Source: an uncultured bacterium
GTDB taxonomy: Bacteria; Fidelibacterota; Marinisomatia; Marinisomatales; UBA1611
Assembly (NCBI GenBank): GCA_943788175.1
Contig: CALSPG010000007.1
Span: 32,001 to 96,000, forward strand
Direction of reading: 5' to 3'
Length of the DNA stretch: 64,000 bases
Positions 52,329 to 62,757 of the stretch are shown one piece after another; position 1 is the first letter of the stretch, and each line of letters opens with the position of its first letter. Both the position numbers and the translations under genes were made by a program. The notes beneath the pieces are model-generated. The model was not told the origin of the DNA. It did not search any database and saw only the letters and a list, made by a program, of their open reading frames with translations.

Positions 52329-54983
52329 ATGATTAGATATATTATTTATATTGCGATGACTTGCGGAATCTTTGCTCAAACCACTGGTAAAATTTCTGGC
52401 ATAATAAAAGACAAGTCTGATTCTTCGCCCTTGCCAGGAGCAAACGTATATCTTGAAAATTCTTCTTTTGGAAATGCATCAGATGGAAATGGAAGATTCA
52501 CATTAATTAATATTCCGCCAGGGAAATACAATCTCAAAATTGATATGATTGGTTACAAGTCTATAAAAATGGAAAATATTTCTGTTTCCGTTAATAGAAC
52601 CTTTTCATTAGAAGTGGATCTTGAACAGACTGTGATTGAGGGTGAGGTTGTTACAGTTGAAGTTGCTAGGTTTTCTCAAAAAAAAGATCAAACAGGGACA
52701 ATTAAAAATATTTCAGGAGATGAAATAAACGCACTTCCAGTAGAGAATGTTGGGGCAGTAGTTAATATGCAAGCAGGTGTTGTAAACGGGCATTTTAGAG
52801 GCGGTAGAAATACTGAAGTTACCTATATGGTTGATGGCATACAGGTAGATGAAACATTTGGTGGATCAAGCGCAACAGTAGATATTCAGCCTGAAGCTGT
52901 GCAAGACTTAGAGGTTGTCACGGGGACATTTAATGCTGAGTATGGTAGAGCTATGAGCGGAGTGGTGAATGTTGTGACAAGAGATGGCGGGTCTAAATTT
53001 GAAGGTTCTGCATCATTGGGTGGTTCTTCATATTTTACGGATAATAATGATATTTTTATTGGACTTGACCCATCTGTCAATAAAAGCCAAGACATTAAAT
53101 TTAGTTTAGGTGGTCCTCTCGTAGGAAATAAGATAACTTTTTTTAGTAATGTAAGAGTGCAAAGTAATAATGGACACTTAAATGGTCTTAGGTTGTTTGA
53201 AGTAGATAATTTTTCAAATTTTTACACGGATGACTCACTGCTCTGGTTTTCAGAGAAATCGGGAGACAGTTCGTATGTGTCTATGAATTCAAGTAATAAT
53301 TTATCTGCTCTATTTAAGTTGAGTTTTAATCTTTTTAACGGTATCCGTTTTTCAACACTATACTCACACAGTGACGATAGTTGGCAGGGCTATGATCATT
53401 CTTTTAAATATAACCCAGATGGTAGGTCAACTGATCATAAAGTCACAAATTATTTTGCTTTTCAATTAAACCAAATGTTATCTCAAAAATTATTTTATGA
53501 ATTGAAGTATTCTGTTGTAGATAATGACTTTGGTAGTTACGTATATGAAAACCCATTAGACAGTAGATATGTACATGATCGTTATTATGATAGTTATGGT
53601 CCAGGGTTTTTAACAGGTGGTCAATCAAAGGACCATACGACTAGATCAATGACAGATCAGACTTTTAAATTGGATGTTAACTGGCAAGCTAATCACACGC
53701 ATAGTATTAAAGCAGGCCTTCACTATTTTAATCATGATTTAAAGAATGAGCGGTACGAAATAAGGAATAAATTTTATAATTCGGGTAGTGATTCTTCTTA
53801 TGTACCTGAAATTTTTGGAGATTCATCTGCTTATGCAGATGTTTATAACATTTCCCCAAAAGAAGTAGCATTTTATGTTCAAGATAAAATGGAATTTGAT
53901 GACATGGTTATTAATATTGGACTGCGTTATGATCAATTTGACCCTGAAAGTGTATACCCTTCAGATAGAAGAAACCCAGCAAATCAGCTAATTTTACCAG
54001 ACTCTATGATGAGTTTGTATCCTCAGGCTCCGGTTATTTCTCAAATTAGTCCAAGGGTTGGTTTTGCATATCAGTTAGGTGGTCAAGCTGTTCTGCATTT
54101 TAGTTATGGTCATTTTTTCCAGATGCCTCCTATGTATGCTATGTATGAAAATAATAGTTTTTTGGTTGACCCAAATAATTTTGTTACAAGGATGGGTAGC
54201 ACATTATTAGAACCAGAAAAAACAATTACCTATGAAATAGGTTTGTGGCAAGAATTAAATCAAGTGATGGCTCTAGATGTAGCACTTTTTTATAGAGATA
54301 TTTATAATTTATTAACTACTAAAACCATTTCAACCTATAATCAGGTAAAGTATGGATTATTTTCTAATAAAGACTATGGAAATGTTCGTGGGCTTGAGTT
54401 AAAGCTAGACCTTGCACTAGGTCAATTGAAAGGTATGGTAAATTATACATTACAATATACTAGGGGGAATGCTGATTCCCCTGGGCAAACATTTGACAGG
54501 GCTGGTAATAATCAAGACCCGGTAAATAGATTTATTCCAATGGGCTGGGACCAAAGGCATACACTGAACGGGTCTTTAATATATGGAACTGAGAAATACG
54601 GTGGTTCTATGACAGCATATTATAATTCGGGTTCTCCTTATACTTTCACGCCACAAAGTGAAAGCGTTTTATCTAGAATCAATTTGTACCCCAATAATGA
54701 TTATAGGCCTGAGAAATATTCTGTTGATTGTTCATTTTACTATCGCTTCAAACTGCCTGGTGGTTATAATGCCAATTTGGATTTAAATATTTATAATTTA
54801 TTTGATAGGTTAAATGAAGAGTGGGTCAATGAGCAAACCGGGCGCGCCTATACCGCAATAATTAAAGAAACAGATATTGCTGGGCATAGAAGTGATTTTA
54901 ATGATTATGAAGATCGTATAGAAAACCCATCGATGTATTCTTCACCTAGAATGGTAAAAATTGGTATCGGAGTTAATTTCTGA
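52329..54983 (+). CDS. TonB-dependent receptor
   Basis: Signal peptide, N-terminal CarboxypepD_reg-like domain (TTGKISG...PLPGANV), plug HFRGGR...YMVDG...FNAEYGRAMSGVVN, C-terminal GVNF. Confidence 0.93.
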   Translation: MIRYIIYIAMTCGIFAQTTGKISGIIKDKSDSSPLPGANVYLENSSFGNASDGNGRFTLINIPPGKYNLKIDMIGYKSIKMENISVSVNRTFSLEVDLEQTVIEGEVVTVEVARFSQKKDQTGTIKNISGDEINALPVENVGAVVNMQAGVVNGHFRGGRNTEVTYMVDGIQVDETFGGSSATVDIQPEAVQDLEVVTGTFNAEYGRAMSGVVNVVTRDGGSKFEGSASLGGSSYFTDNNDIFIGLDPSVNKSQDIKFSLGGPLVGNKITFFSNVRVQSNNGHLNGLRLFEVDNFSNFYTDDSLLWFSEKSGDSSYVSMNSSNNLSALFKLSFNLFNGIRFSTLYSHSDDSWQGYDHSFKYNPDGRSTDHKVTNYFAFQLNQMLSQKLFYELKYSVVDNDFGSYVYENPLDSRYVHDRYYDSYGPGFLTGGQSKDHTTRSMTDQTFKLDVNWQANHTHSIKAGLHYFNHDLKNERYEIRNKFYNSGSDSSYVPEIFGDSSAYADVYNISPKEVAFYVQDKMEFDDMVINIGLRYDQFDPESVYPSDRRNPANQLILPDSMMSLYPQAPVISQISPRVGFAYQLGGQAVLHFSYGHFFQMPPMYAMYENNSFLVDPNNFVTRMGSTLLEPEKTITYEIGLWQELNQVMALDVALFYRDIYNLLTTKTISTYNQVKYGLFSNKDYGNVRGLELKLDLALGQLKGMVNYTLQYTRGNADSPGQTFDRAGNNQDPVNRFIPMGWDQRHTLNGSLIYGTEKYGGSMTAYYNSGSPYTFTPQSESVLSRINLYPNNDYRPEKYSVDCSFYYRFKLPGGYNANLDLNIYNLFDRLNEEWVNEQTGRAYTAIIKETDIAGHRSDFNDYEDRIENPSMYSSPRMVKIGIGVNF

Positions 54984-57900
54984 TGAAATTGTTATTGTTA
55001 TTGTTATTGTTTTCCCAGTTGTTTTTTTCATTAATCTTCGCCCAGGGTCGACCTTATGCAGGCCCAGAAGACCCAGCGGGAGATCCTTCAGCTGAGCGTG
55101 AAGGGTATATGACAGGTAACAGGGTATTACTTTATTTTAAAAATACAACAGAGCTTTCTGATTGGCCAGCAACAAATGCTTCGAGGTGGCCAAATAATAA
55201 TGATGGTGTAAAGATGGTAGACGGGATAGGGCTCTTGGTTGGAGCTAAAGTATACATTAAAGATGATGGAGATGCTTCCACCGTGGACACAATCCCACTT
55301 ACTGACCCAATAGATATATTTACTCAGGATAAACACACATTACATTATTTGCAAACTAGTTACCGTGAAGAAATGGATCGGGACCCTACCGGCACTGTTG
55401 AATGGGGTTTTTATCCTGTTTTTGGATATTTTAATGAATCTGGAGAATATCCAGCTGTCTCAAATATCGAAGATTCATGGCCTTCCAGTGGTTGGCCGTC
55501 TGCTGGTTTAGAAAAAAAATGGCAAGGGGAATGGAATGGTAGATTTGGCCGAGGCGTTAAATATGCTGATCAAGAAAGTTATTATGTTGTTAATGATGCT
55601 CAAGATTTAGAATATCTCGGACCTGAAGACTTTGTTAAATATTACCCAAGGCCTGGATATAATATAGGAGATATTAAGCCGGATGTCACAAAGCAACGTG
55701 GCGAATCTTGGGGTGGTTTAGGGCTGCGTGTTGCTGTTCGTGGTTTTCAATGGAATAATCCTCAAGCTAGAGATGCTATTTTTTGGGAGTATTCAATCGC
55801 CAATGTATCTGACTACGATCTAAGAGATGTAGCTTTTGGATACTGGGTTGATAATGGGATTGGTAATGATGCTTCAGATGATATTGGCTTTTTTGATTAT
55901 GAAATTGATATGTCCTATTCTTGGGATATTAATGGTGTTGGTTCCGGTGGGCTTCCAACGGGGGTAATGGGTTTTGCATACCTAGAAAGTCCAGGCTTAG
56001 CTTATGATATGATTGATAACGATGGTGATGGATTAGTAGATGAAAAAAGAGATGTTGAAGCAACTGCCATTGTTGGTGCTACAGATGGAATAACAGACCT
56101 GAATGCTTTTTTAGATTATTATAAATTAACAGCTGATGATTTAAAACCTCATTGGGATGCTGACGAAGACCAAGATTGGGAGGATGGTGAAGATTTAAAT
56201 GGTGATGGTATATATCAACTTGCTGAGTTTTATGGAGATGATATTGGGATAGATGGCGTAGGTCCTGGAGAAATAAATTATACTGGCCCAGATGCTGATG
56301 GGTCAGAGTGTAATCATAGGCCTGATTTTGTTGAGGGTGTTGGCTGTGAGCCTAATTTTAATACAACAGATGTATCTGAATCTGATATGGTTGGGCTTAC
56401 ATCTTTTAGGATGTTCCCAATTCCAAGTCACGCGGCTTCAAATGAAACGCAGTGGTTTAAAAATGATGCAGTTATGTGGGATTTAATTGGTGGAGACACA
56501 TTAGAAGAGTTTGAAGGAAATATTTCAAACTTAGTTGAGGTTTTTGCATCGGGTCCTTTTCCATTATATCAAGGACGAGTTGAAAGAATTTCAATGGCTG
56601 AACTACATTCCTATGATCCTCTAGCGGGGCTTAACAGTCCTGGACATGAATCTCCAGCGCTTTACGAGCTTAAGAGGATTGTTCAGGTGATTTATGAAAA
56701 AGACTATCGATTTGCTCAGCCACCAAGAATGCCCACTATTTCAGCTACGGCTGGCGATAGTGAGGTTATTCTAACTTGGGATGATATTGCGGATACAAGG
56801 ACTAGGGACCCCTTCGTTGGAAACATTAATGATTTTGAGGGTTATAAGGTTTATAGGGCAACAGATAAATACATGGCTGATCCAGAAATTATTACAGATG
56901 GTTATGGTACTCCAACATTTAAGAAACCAATTTATCAATGTGACTTAATTGATGAATTTAGTGGTTTTACTGATTTTGGTCTCGTCAATGGTACAGGTTA
57001 TAATCTTGGAAACAACTCTGGAATCACACATATTTTCGTAGATAATACAGTTCAAAATGGGCGTACGTATTATTATGCTGTTGTTGCTTATGATTTTGGA
57101 GCGCCAAATATTGGACCGGGGATTTCACCATCAGAAAATAACACAGTCATTGAATTGGATGAGTATGAAAATATTAGGTCTATAGGTAAAAATATTGCCA
57201 TTGTCACTCCTCATCAAAAAGCAGCTGGGTATATATCTCCTGAAGTTGAGGTTGAAGAACGTTCTCTTCTCGGGTCTGGTATGGTCTCTCCTTTAATTAG
57301 AGCGCAAGGGAGCCTCAAAAAAGGGCATGAATATTCAATATCTTTTGGTATTGATACAGTATCTACTATTAGTGGATATGATAAGGGAATTCAATATACA
57401 ACTAGTGAAATCAATGTTTATGACCTTACTGATAGTGTTTTGGTTTACAGTGAAAACCCAACAAAATTTATAGGGAACAATCTTTTATATAGAGATACAG
57501 TTAATTATTGGACCCTTAATCCAAATGCAAATATATCTTCAGATGTATTTGATGGTCTGCAGTATGAAGTGAGTGATTATGTTGAAATCCCTGAGTACAG
57601 TTATCAAAATTCCGGATGGATAAATGGTAATGGTATAATGAGAGTTACTCCTTCATTATCAGAGGGTATTAAAATGCCATGGAATTACAAGGTTGTATTT
57701 ACTGATGATGATAATACATACGTTGGCGTGGCAACATCTGGAACGGTTAGGGATGAAAATGGTGCTTCAATAGGTTCATCTAAAATATCAAATCAGGCAG
57801 TTAATTTTTATGTTCAAAACACTTCATTTATTAATGAGTCAGGTGGTTATGACTTAATGGATGTGGTAATACATGATGTTAATGACAATGATATCTTTGA

Positions 57901-58435
57901 CTTGTACGAAGATAGGATTTTTATAGGAGCAACAGTAGGGACAAGGTGGCGAGCTACTGCTTTTGTCTTGGATTTTCAACTTTCAACTGAGACAACAATC
58001 CCAAAAGATGGGGATGTGTATCAAGTAGATTGGAATCGGCCATTTTATATAACGGACTCTATTCATTTCACTGTTAATTATTCAGAAGATTTAGACATTG
58101 AAGCCTTATCTAGCTCTATGGACAATATAATGGTAGTACCAAATCCATATGTAATGTCAAACATGATGGAGGAAGCAGTTACTAATCCTTTTTTAAATCA
58201 AAGAAGAAGAATTGTTTTTACAAATATCCCATCTCAGTGTTCTATTAAAATTTTTACAGTAAGTGGTGTTTTGGTGGATGAAATAAATGTAAATAATCCC
58301 CCAGAAAATGGTCTTATACAATGGGATATGCTTACCAGAGAAAGTTTAGAAATAGCTGCAGGGATGTATATATATCATGTCGAGGCAACAGAGACGGGCG
58401 ATACTAAAATTGGCAAGTTTGCGGTAATAAAATGA
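54983..58435 (+). CDS. Large secreted TBDR-associated protein with acidic Ca-binding-like repeats, FN3-like domain and C-terminal sorting domain
   Basis: Signal peptide; DNDGDGLVDE and EDLNGDG repeats; FEGYKVYR...NGRTYYYAVVAYD; VVPNPY...IFTVSG...GMYIYHV...KFAVIK tail. Confidence 0.8.
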   Translation: MKLLLLLLLFSQLFFSLIFAQGRPYAGPEDPAGDPSAEREGYMTGNRVLLYFKNTTELSDWPATNASRWPNNNDGVKMVDGIGLLVGAKVYIKDDGDASTVDTIPLTDPIDIFTQDKHTLHYLQTSYREEMDRDPTGTVEWGFYPVFGYFNESGEYPAVSNIEDSWPSSGWPSAGLEKKWQGEWNGRFGRGVKYADQESYYVVNDAQDLEYLGPEDFVKYYPRPGYNIGDIKPDVTKQRGESWGGLGLRVAVRGFQWNNPQARDAIFWEYSIANVSDYDLRDVAFGYWVDNGIGNDASDDIGFFDYEIDMSYSWDINGVGSGGLPTGVMGFAYLESPGLAYDMIDNDGDGLVDEKRDVEATAIVGATDGITDLNAFLDYYKLTADDLKPHWDADEDQDWEDGEDLNGDGIYQLAEFYGDDIGIDGVGPGEINYTGPDADGSECNHRPDFVEGVGCEPNFNTTDVSESDMVGLTSFRMFPIPSHAASNETQWFKNDAVMWDLIGGDTLEEFEGNISNLVEVFASGPFPLYQGRVERISMAELHSYDPLAGLNSPGHESPALYELKRIVQVIYEKDYRFAQPPRMPTISATAGDSEVILTWDDIADTRTRDPFVGNINDFEGYKVYRATDKYMADPEIITDGYGTPTFKKPIYQCDLIDEFSGFTDFGLVNGTGYNLGNNSGITHIFVDNTVQNGRTYYYAVVAYDFGAPNIGPGISPSENNTVIELDEYENIRSIGKNIAIVTPHQKAAGYISPEVEVEERSLLGSGMVSPLIRAQGSLKKGHEYSISFGIDTVSTISGYDKGIQYTTSEINVYDLTDSVLVYSENPTKFIGNNLLYRDTVNYWTLNPNANISSDVFDGLQYEVSDYVEIPEYSYQNSGWINGNGIMRVTPSLSEGIKMPWNYKVVFTDDDNTYVGVATSGTVRDENGASIGSSKISNQAVNFYVQNTSFINESGGYDLMDVVIHDVNDNDIFDLYEDRIFIGATVGTRWRATAFVLDFQLSTETTIPKDGDVYQVDWNRPFYITDSIHFTVNYSEDLDIEALSSSMDNIMVVPNPYVMSNMMEEAVTNPFLNQRRRIVFTNIPSQCSIKIFTVSGVLVDEINVNNPPENGLIQWDMLTRESLEIAAGMYIYHVEATETGDTKIGKFAVIK

Positions 58436-59478
58436 TTAAATATTTACTCATTCTTTCGCTCTTAATTTTATCTAGCATTGACGCTCAAATGATTCATCGA
58501 TATGGAACAACAACTGGAAATTTTTTAGAAATAGGAGTTGATAGCGAAGGCAGTGCTATGGGTGATGCTTTTGTAGCAGTTTCTGATGATATTTCTTCTA
58601 TATATTGGAACCCGGCAGGATTAGCTAGTTTAAATATGCCAAAATTAGCATTTATGAGTCAGCCTTGGATTGCTGGAATTAACATGTCTTTTACAGCTGG
58701 CGCATTCATCATTCCTAATTTAGGTAATATTGGTTTTGGCTTAACGCAAATGAATTATGGTGAAATGGATGTTACTACATTAGAATATCAAGGTGGTACA
58801 GGTGAGAGTTTTACGGCTTCTGATATTGCGGCATCGTTAACATTTTCACGGAAATTAGTTTCCTGGTTTTCTTTCGGTTCAACAATAAAATATGTAAGGT
58901 CTAATATTTGGCATAGTTCTGCTAGTGCGGTTGCTATTGATCTTGGAGTATTAGTTAATACAAATTTCTTTTCCTTTACGGGAAAAGATGAAGATGGTTT
59001 AAATATCGGGATGAGTATTTCAAATTATGGAAGTCGTATGCGGTTTGATGGTATAGATATTTATCAACCAATTGATATTTCTGAATATGAGGAGGGAAAT
59101 TATGGAGATGTCCCGGGACAATTCAGACCATCTGATTGGGAATTACCTTTGATTTTTAGGATTGGAGTTGCTCTAAAACCAATAAAAAATAATATTTCAC
59201 AACTTACACTTTCTGCAGATGCATTGCATCCTAATAACAATTCTGAGTCTATTAATGTTGGATGTGCTTTAGATAATACAATACCAGGCGTAGGTGTTTT
59301 TAGCTTAAGAGCTGGTACAAAAGCTTTATTTATGGATAAGACCGAATATGGTTATACCGCAGGCTTGGGTTTTAAGCTTTTTTATGTAGGAAATAAATTT
59401 GTATCTGTTGATTATGCTTATAAATCAATCGGTTTATTAGGCAATGTTAATGTATATACATTGGGATTTTCATTTTAG
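58432..59478 (+). CDS. PorV/PorQ-like (UPF0164) outer-membrane beta-barrel
   Basis: FLEIGV...AMGDAFVAVSDDISSIYWNPAGLA signature; alternating beta-strands; DYAY...LGFSF end. Confidence 0.85.
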   Translation: MIKYLLILSLLILSSIDAQMIHRYGTTTGNFLEIGVDSEGSAMGDAFVAVSDDISSIYWNPAGLASLNMPKLAFMSQPWIAGINMSFTAGAFIIPNLGNIGFGLTQMNYGEMDVTTLEYQGGTGESFTASDIAASLTFSRKLVSWFSFGSTIKYVRSNIWHSSASAVAIDLGVLVNTNFFSFTGKDEDGLNIGMSISNYGSRMRFDGIDIYQPIDISEYEEGNYGDVPGQFRPSDWELPLIFRIGVALKPIKNNISQLTLSADALHPNNNSESINVGCALDNTIPGVGVFSLRAGTKALFMDKTEYGYTAGLGFKLFYVGNKFVSVDYAYKSIGLLGNVNVYTLGFSF

Positions 59479-59484
59479 TATCAT

Positions 59485-60957
59485 ATGATGCTCCGGATCT
59501 TTTTTGGAGTCCTTTTCCTTCTCCTATTAACTAATTGTTCTAATAAAGACATATCAAAGCCAAGCCTTGATATTCTTGCACAGGTTGGTGATAAAATAAT
59601 TACGAAACAAGATTTTATTAGAAGATCTGAGTACACAATAAGACCAGATTATTGTAGACAATCAAATTATATACATAAAAAAATTATACTTAATTCGCTT
59701 ATTGCTGAAAAAATAACTTCTATTGAAATGGAAGATAAAGAGGATGTTTTACTAAATAGTCAGAATTTTCATTATTATTTGCAAGGTAGAAAAGAACAAG
59801 CGATGAGAAAATTATATTATTATGAAAACTTTTATAAAGGTGCCAAAGTTCCTGATAGCATAGTTAACGAAAAATATAAATTAGCAGGCAGAACAATAGA
59901 TATTAGTTATATCAACTTGCCAGATATCAATACGGTACAGAAAGTTAAACAGCTTATTTCCCAAAACATTACAATTGAAGAAATTTATTTTTCAATATGG
60001 GGAGATACAATACCAACTAAAAAAATTAATTTTTTTGATAAGGAACCCGATATCATTCACGAAAAATTATTTGTGATAGATAATAAAAAAAATCAAACAA
60101 TTGGTCCCTTTGAAGTTGAAGACGGCAGCTTTTTAATCATGAAAATTAACGGTTGGTCCGATACAAAATTTATATCTGCAGTTAATCAAGAAAAAATATG
60201 GGAAGATGTAGAAAAATTGGTAAAAGAAAAAGAAGCGAAAACTAAATATTTGAGTTTTGTTAAAAAAATGATGTCTGGCAAAAGTATTCAATTCAACAAA
60301 GATGTTTTTGAAGACTATGCACACAAAGCTTCTAAAATCTATTTACAAGACCCAATGGATAAAAAAGATGCAATTAATAAAATGTTATGGGATGAAATAG
60401 AAAATCCTAAAAAAATTAGTCTCCAAAACAATCCAAACATAAAACCAGGCGATGTTATTATGATATTTGATAATGAAGAAATAACAGTCGAAAAATTAAA
60501 CCGCCTAATAAAATCCCACCCTTTAGTTTTTAGAAAAAGAAAAATAAGTGAAGGTAGATTTAGACAGGAATTAAAATTAGCTCTAGCTGATTTAATAAGA
60601 GATGTTGAGCTAAATAAAAAATGTTATGATCTAGAACTTCATAAGGATATTAGAGTTAAAACAAATGTGGATATGTGGCATGATGCTTATTCAAGCAAAA
60701 GGTTTATGTCTTCTCTAAAACTTGCGGCAAAATCAGAAAGAAAGAACAAATACAATTTTGATAACAATGTAATAAACTATTTACAAAATAAACATTCGAA
60801 TATTATAAAAATTAACACAGATATGTTTGAAAATATTACTATAACATCGACAGACATGCTTGTTTCAGAAAGAGGCCTTGCCTATCCTTTTATTGTTCCT
60901 TCATTTCCAGTTATTACATCTGATGATCGGTTAGATTATGGCTCAAAATTAAATTAA
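59485..60957 (+). CDS. Foldase-like (SurA/PrsA-type) lipoprotein, probably degenerate PPIase
   Basis: Lipobox LTNC; LAQVGDKIITKQDF...LNSLIAEK SurA_N-like start; GPFE..DG..IMKI rotamase-like segment. Confidence 0.65.
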   Translation: MMLRIFFGVLFLLLLTNCSNKDISKPSLDILAQVGDKIITKQDFIRRSEYTIRPDYCRQSNYIHKKIILNSLIAEKITSIEMEDKEDVLLNSQNFHYYLQGRKEQAMRKLYYYENFYKGAKVPDSIVNEKYKLAGRTIDISYINLPDINTVQKVKQLISQNITIEEIYFSIWGDTIPTKKINFFDKEPDIIHEKLFVIDNKKNQTIGPFEVEDGSFLIMKINGWSDTKFISAVNQEKIWEDVEKLVKEKEAKTKYLSFVKKMMSGKSIQFNKDVFEDYAHKASKIYLQDPMDKKDAINKMLWDEIENPKKISLQNNPNIKPGDVIMIFDNEEITVEKLNRLIKSHPLVFRKRKISEGRFRQELKLALADLIRDVELNKKCYDLELHKDIRVKTNVDMWHDAYSSKRFMSSLKLAAKSERKNKYNFDNNVINYLQNKHSNIIKINTDMFENITITSTDMLVSERGLAYPFIVPSFPVITSDDRLDYGSKLN

Positions 60958-60966
60958 AGAATTCTA

Positions 60967-62757
60967 ATGAAATTTATTTTAATAGTCTCCATTTTTTTAA
61001 ATATTGCTTATTGCAGGCAATACAGGGGTGCAGAATTGCGAACGACAGAATCTTTTCTTTATGGTAGGTTTGATGCTTGTTTTAAGCCAGCTCAGGGCGA
61101 TGGTTTAGTTTCATCTTTTTTCACTTACAATGATGACAACCCTAATACACCTTGGGCGGAGATAGACGTAGAGGTTTTAGGTGTTTATAATAATGTTGTT
61201 GATTTTAATACAATAACAAGGGGTCAAGATTCACATATTAGACAGCACTATGTGGATTTTAACCCACACCTGAATTTTCATACTTATAGCTTTGAATGGA
61301 CACCCGATTATGTAGCCTGGTTTATTGACAATGATGAGGTCTATAGGCAAACAGGGTCTCATGTAGACTCTCTTTATGTATCACAAAAAATTATGATGAA
61401 TATTTGGAATCCAGTATATACGGATTGGGTTGGCTCTTGGGACTCTGAAATCTTACCAAGATTTTCTTATTATGATTATGTTAGTTATTCAGCATATACG
61501 CCCGGGACAGGGGATAATGGTACCGAATCTAATTTCACATTTTCTTGGAAAGATGATTTTGACACTTTTGATGATAATAGGTGGGAAAAAAGTGATGATC
61601 ATACCTGGGGAGGGAATCAATCCCTTTTTATTGATGAGAATATTTATTTTGAAAATGGTAATCTAATTTTATGTCTTACAGATGAAGATAATATTGGGTA
61701 TGTAGATAATTACCCACCCAAAGTTCTTTGGGCCAGACAAAATGAAGATATTTTAACTATTCGGTATAGTGAAGAAATAGATGAGTCCAGCGGTGTTGAA
61801 TTAAGCAATTATAGTTTATCAGGGGTTACATTTACAAATGCATTAATGCATAATGATCAAAGAACTGTTGATCTAACAATGGATCAATTCATCTTAAGCT
61901 CTACTGCTATGGGGATATTTAATGCTCAGGATGATAGTGATAATCTTGCCAGTACAAATATAGTTTGGATTGATATTCCTCAACCTTTGGGGGATACTAT
62001 AAAGATTAATACTGGAGGTGGCCCTGCTGCTGATTTTTTACAAGATCAGATTTGGGGCCCGGATAAAGAATATGGGCATGTTGCAGGTAATTTTCAATTC
62101 GCTAGTGATGATGTAGACATTCAAAATACTGAGAATGATGATATTTATAGATCATCATTAAACAGGGTAGCTCTCTATAAAATTAGAGTTAAACCCGGGG
62201 TCTATTCATTGGGACTATCCTTTTCCGAAAATCACTATGACAATGCGGGAGAAAGAGTTTTTGATATTTTTGTTGAAGGCAATCTCAAGGTAGATGGGCT
62301 TGATGTTCTTGATCATGTCCCAGCTTTTTCTTTATATAATATTAGTCTTGATAATATTGAAGTTCTAGACGGGGTCTTAGATATTCATCTATCTGCAGAT
62401 ATATATGGTGTGGGATATGCTGCTGCCGGAACATTTATTAATAGTATTGAGGTCATGCTTGAAAGTTCACTTTCAAATGACACAAATGTGTTGAATAAAT
62501 TTTCATTGCAAAAACCATATCCAAATCCATTTAATAATCAAATTTCGATTCCCATAATTAGCAATATTAAAAGCAAAGCACTTATAGAAATATTCGATGT
62601 AAATGGTAGAAAAGTTGAAACCATATATAATGGGATAATTTTACAAGGGAAGACTGAATTTAAATGGGATGCAAAATTTTACTCGTCTGGGACTTATTTG
62701 ATATACTTACTTATAAATGGAGAGAAATCGTATGAAAAAATCATGCTTATTAAATAA
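60967..62757 (+). CDS. GH16 lichenase-type (circularly permuted) glucanase with Ig-like, malectin and C-terminal sorting domains
   Basis: YRGAELRT, WAEIDVEVLG, WKDDFD...ILCLT; malectin INTGG...LSFSE...GERVFDIFVEG; YPNPFN tail. Confidence 0.88.
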   Translation: MKFILIVSIFLNIAYCRQYRGAELRTTESFLYGRFDACFKPAQGDGLVSSFFTYNDDNPNTPWAEIDVEVLGVYNNVVDFNTITRGQDSHIRQHYVDFNPHLNFHTYSFEWTPDYVAWFIDNDEVYRQTGSHVDSLYVSQKIMMNIWNPVYTDWVGSWDSEILPRFSYYDYVSYSAYTPGTGDNGTESNFTFSWKDDFDTFDDNRWEKSDDHTWGGNQSLFIDENIYFENGNLILCLTDEDNIGYVDNYPPKVLWARQNEDILTIRYSEEIDESSGVELSNYSLSGVTFTNALMHNDQRTVDLTMDQFILSSTAMGIFNAQDDSDNLASTNIVWIDIPQPLGDTIKINTGGGPAADFLQDQIWGPDKEYGHVAGNFQFASDDVDIQNTENDDIYRSSLNRVALYKIRVKPGVYSLGLSFSENHYDNAGERVFDIFVEGNLKVDGLDVLDHVPAFSLYNISLDNIEVLDGVLDIHLSADIYGVGYAAAGTFINSIEVMLESSLSNDTNVLNKFSLQKPYPNPFNNQISIPIISNIKSKALIEIFDVNGRKVETIYNGIILQGKTEFKWDAKFYSSGTYLIYLLINGEKSYEKIMLIK

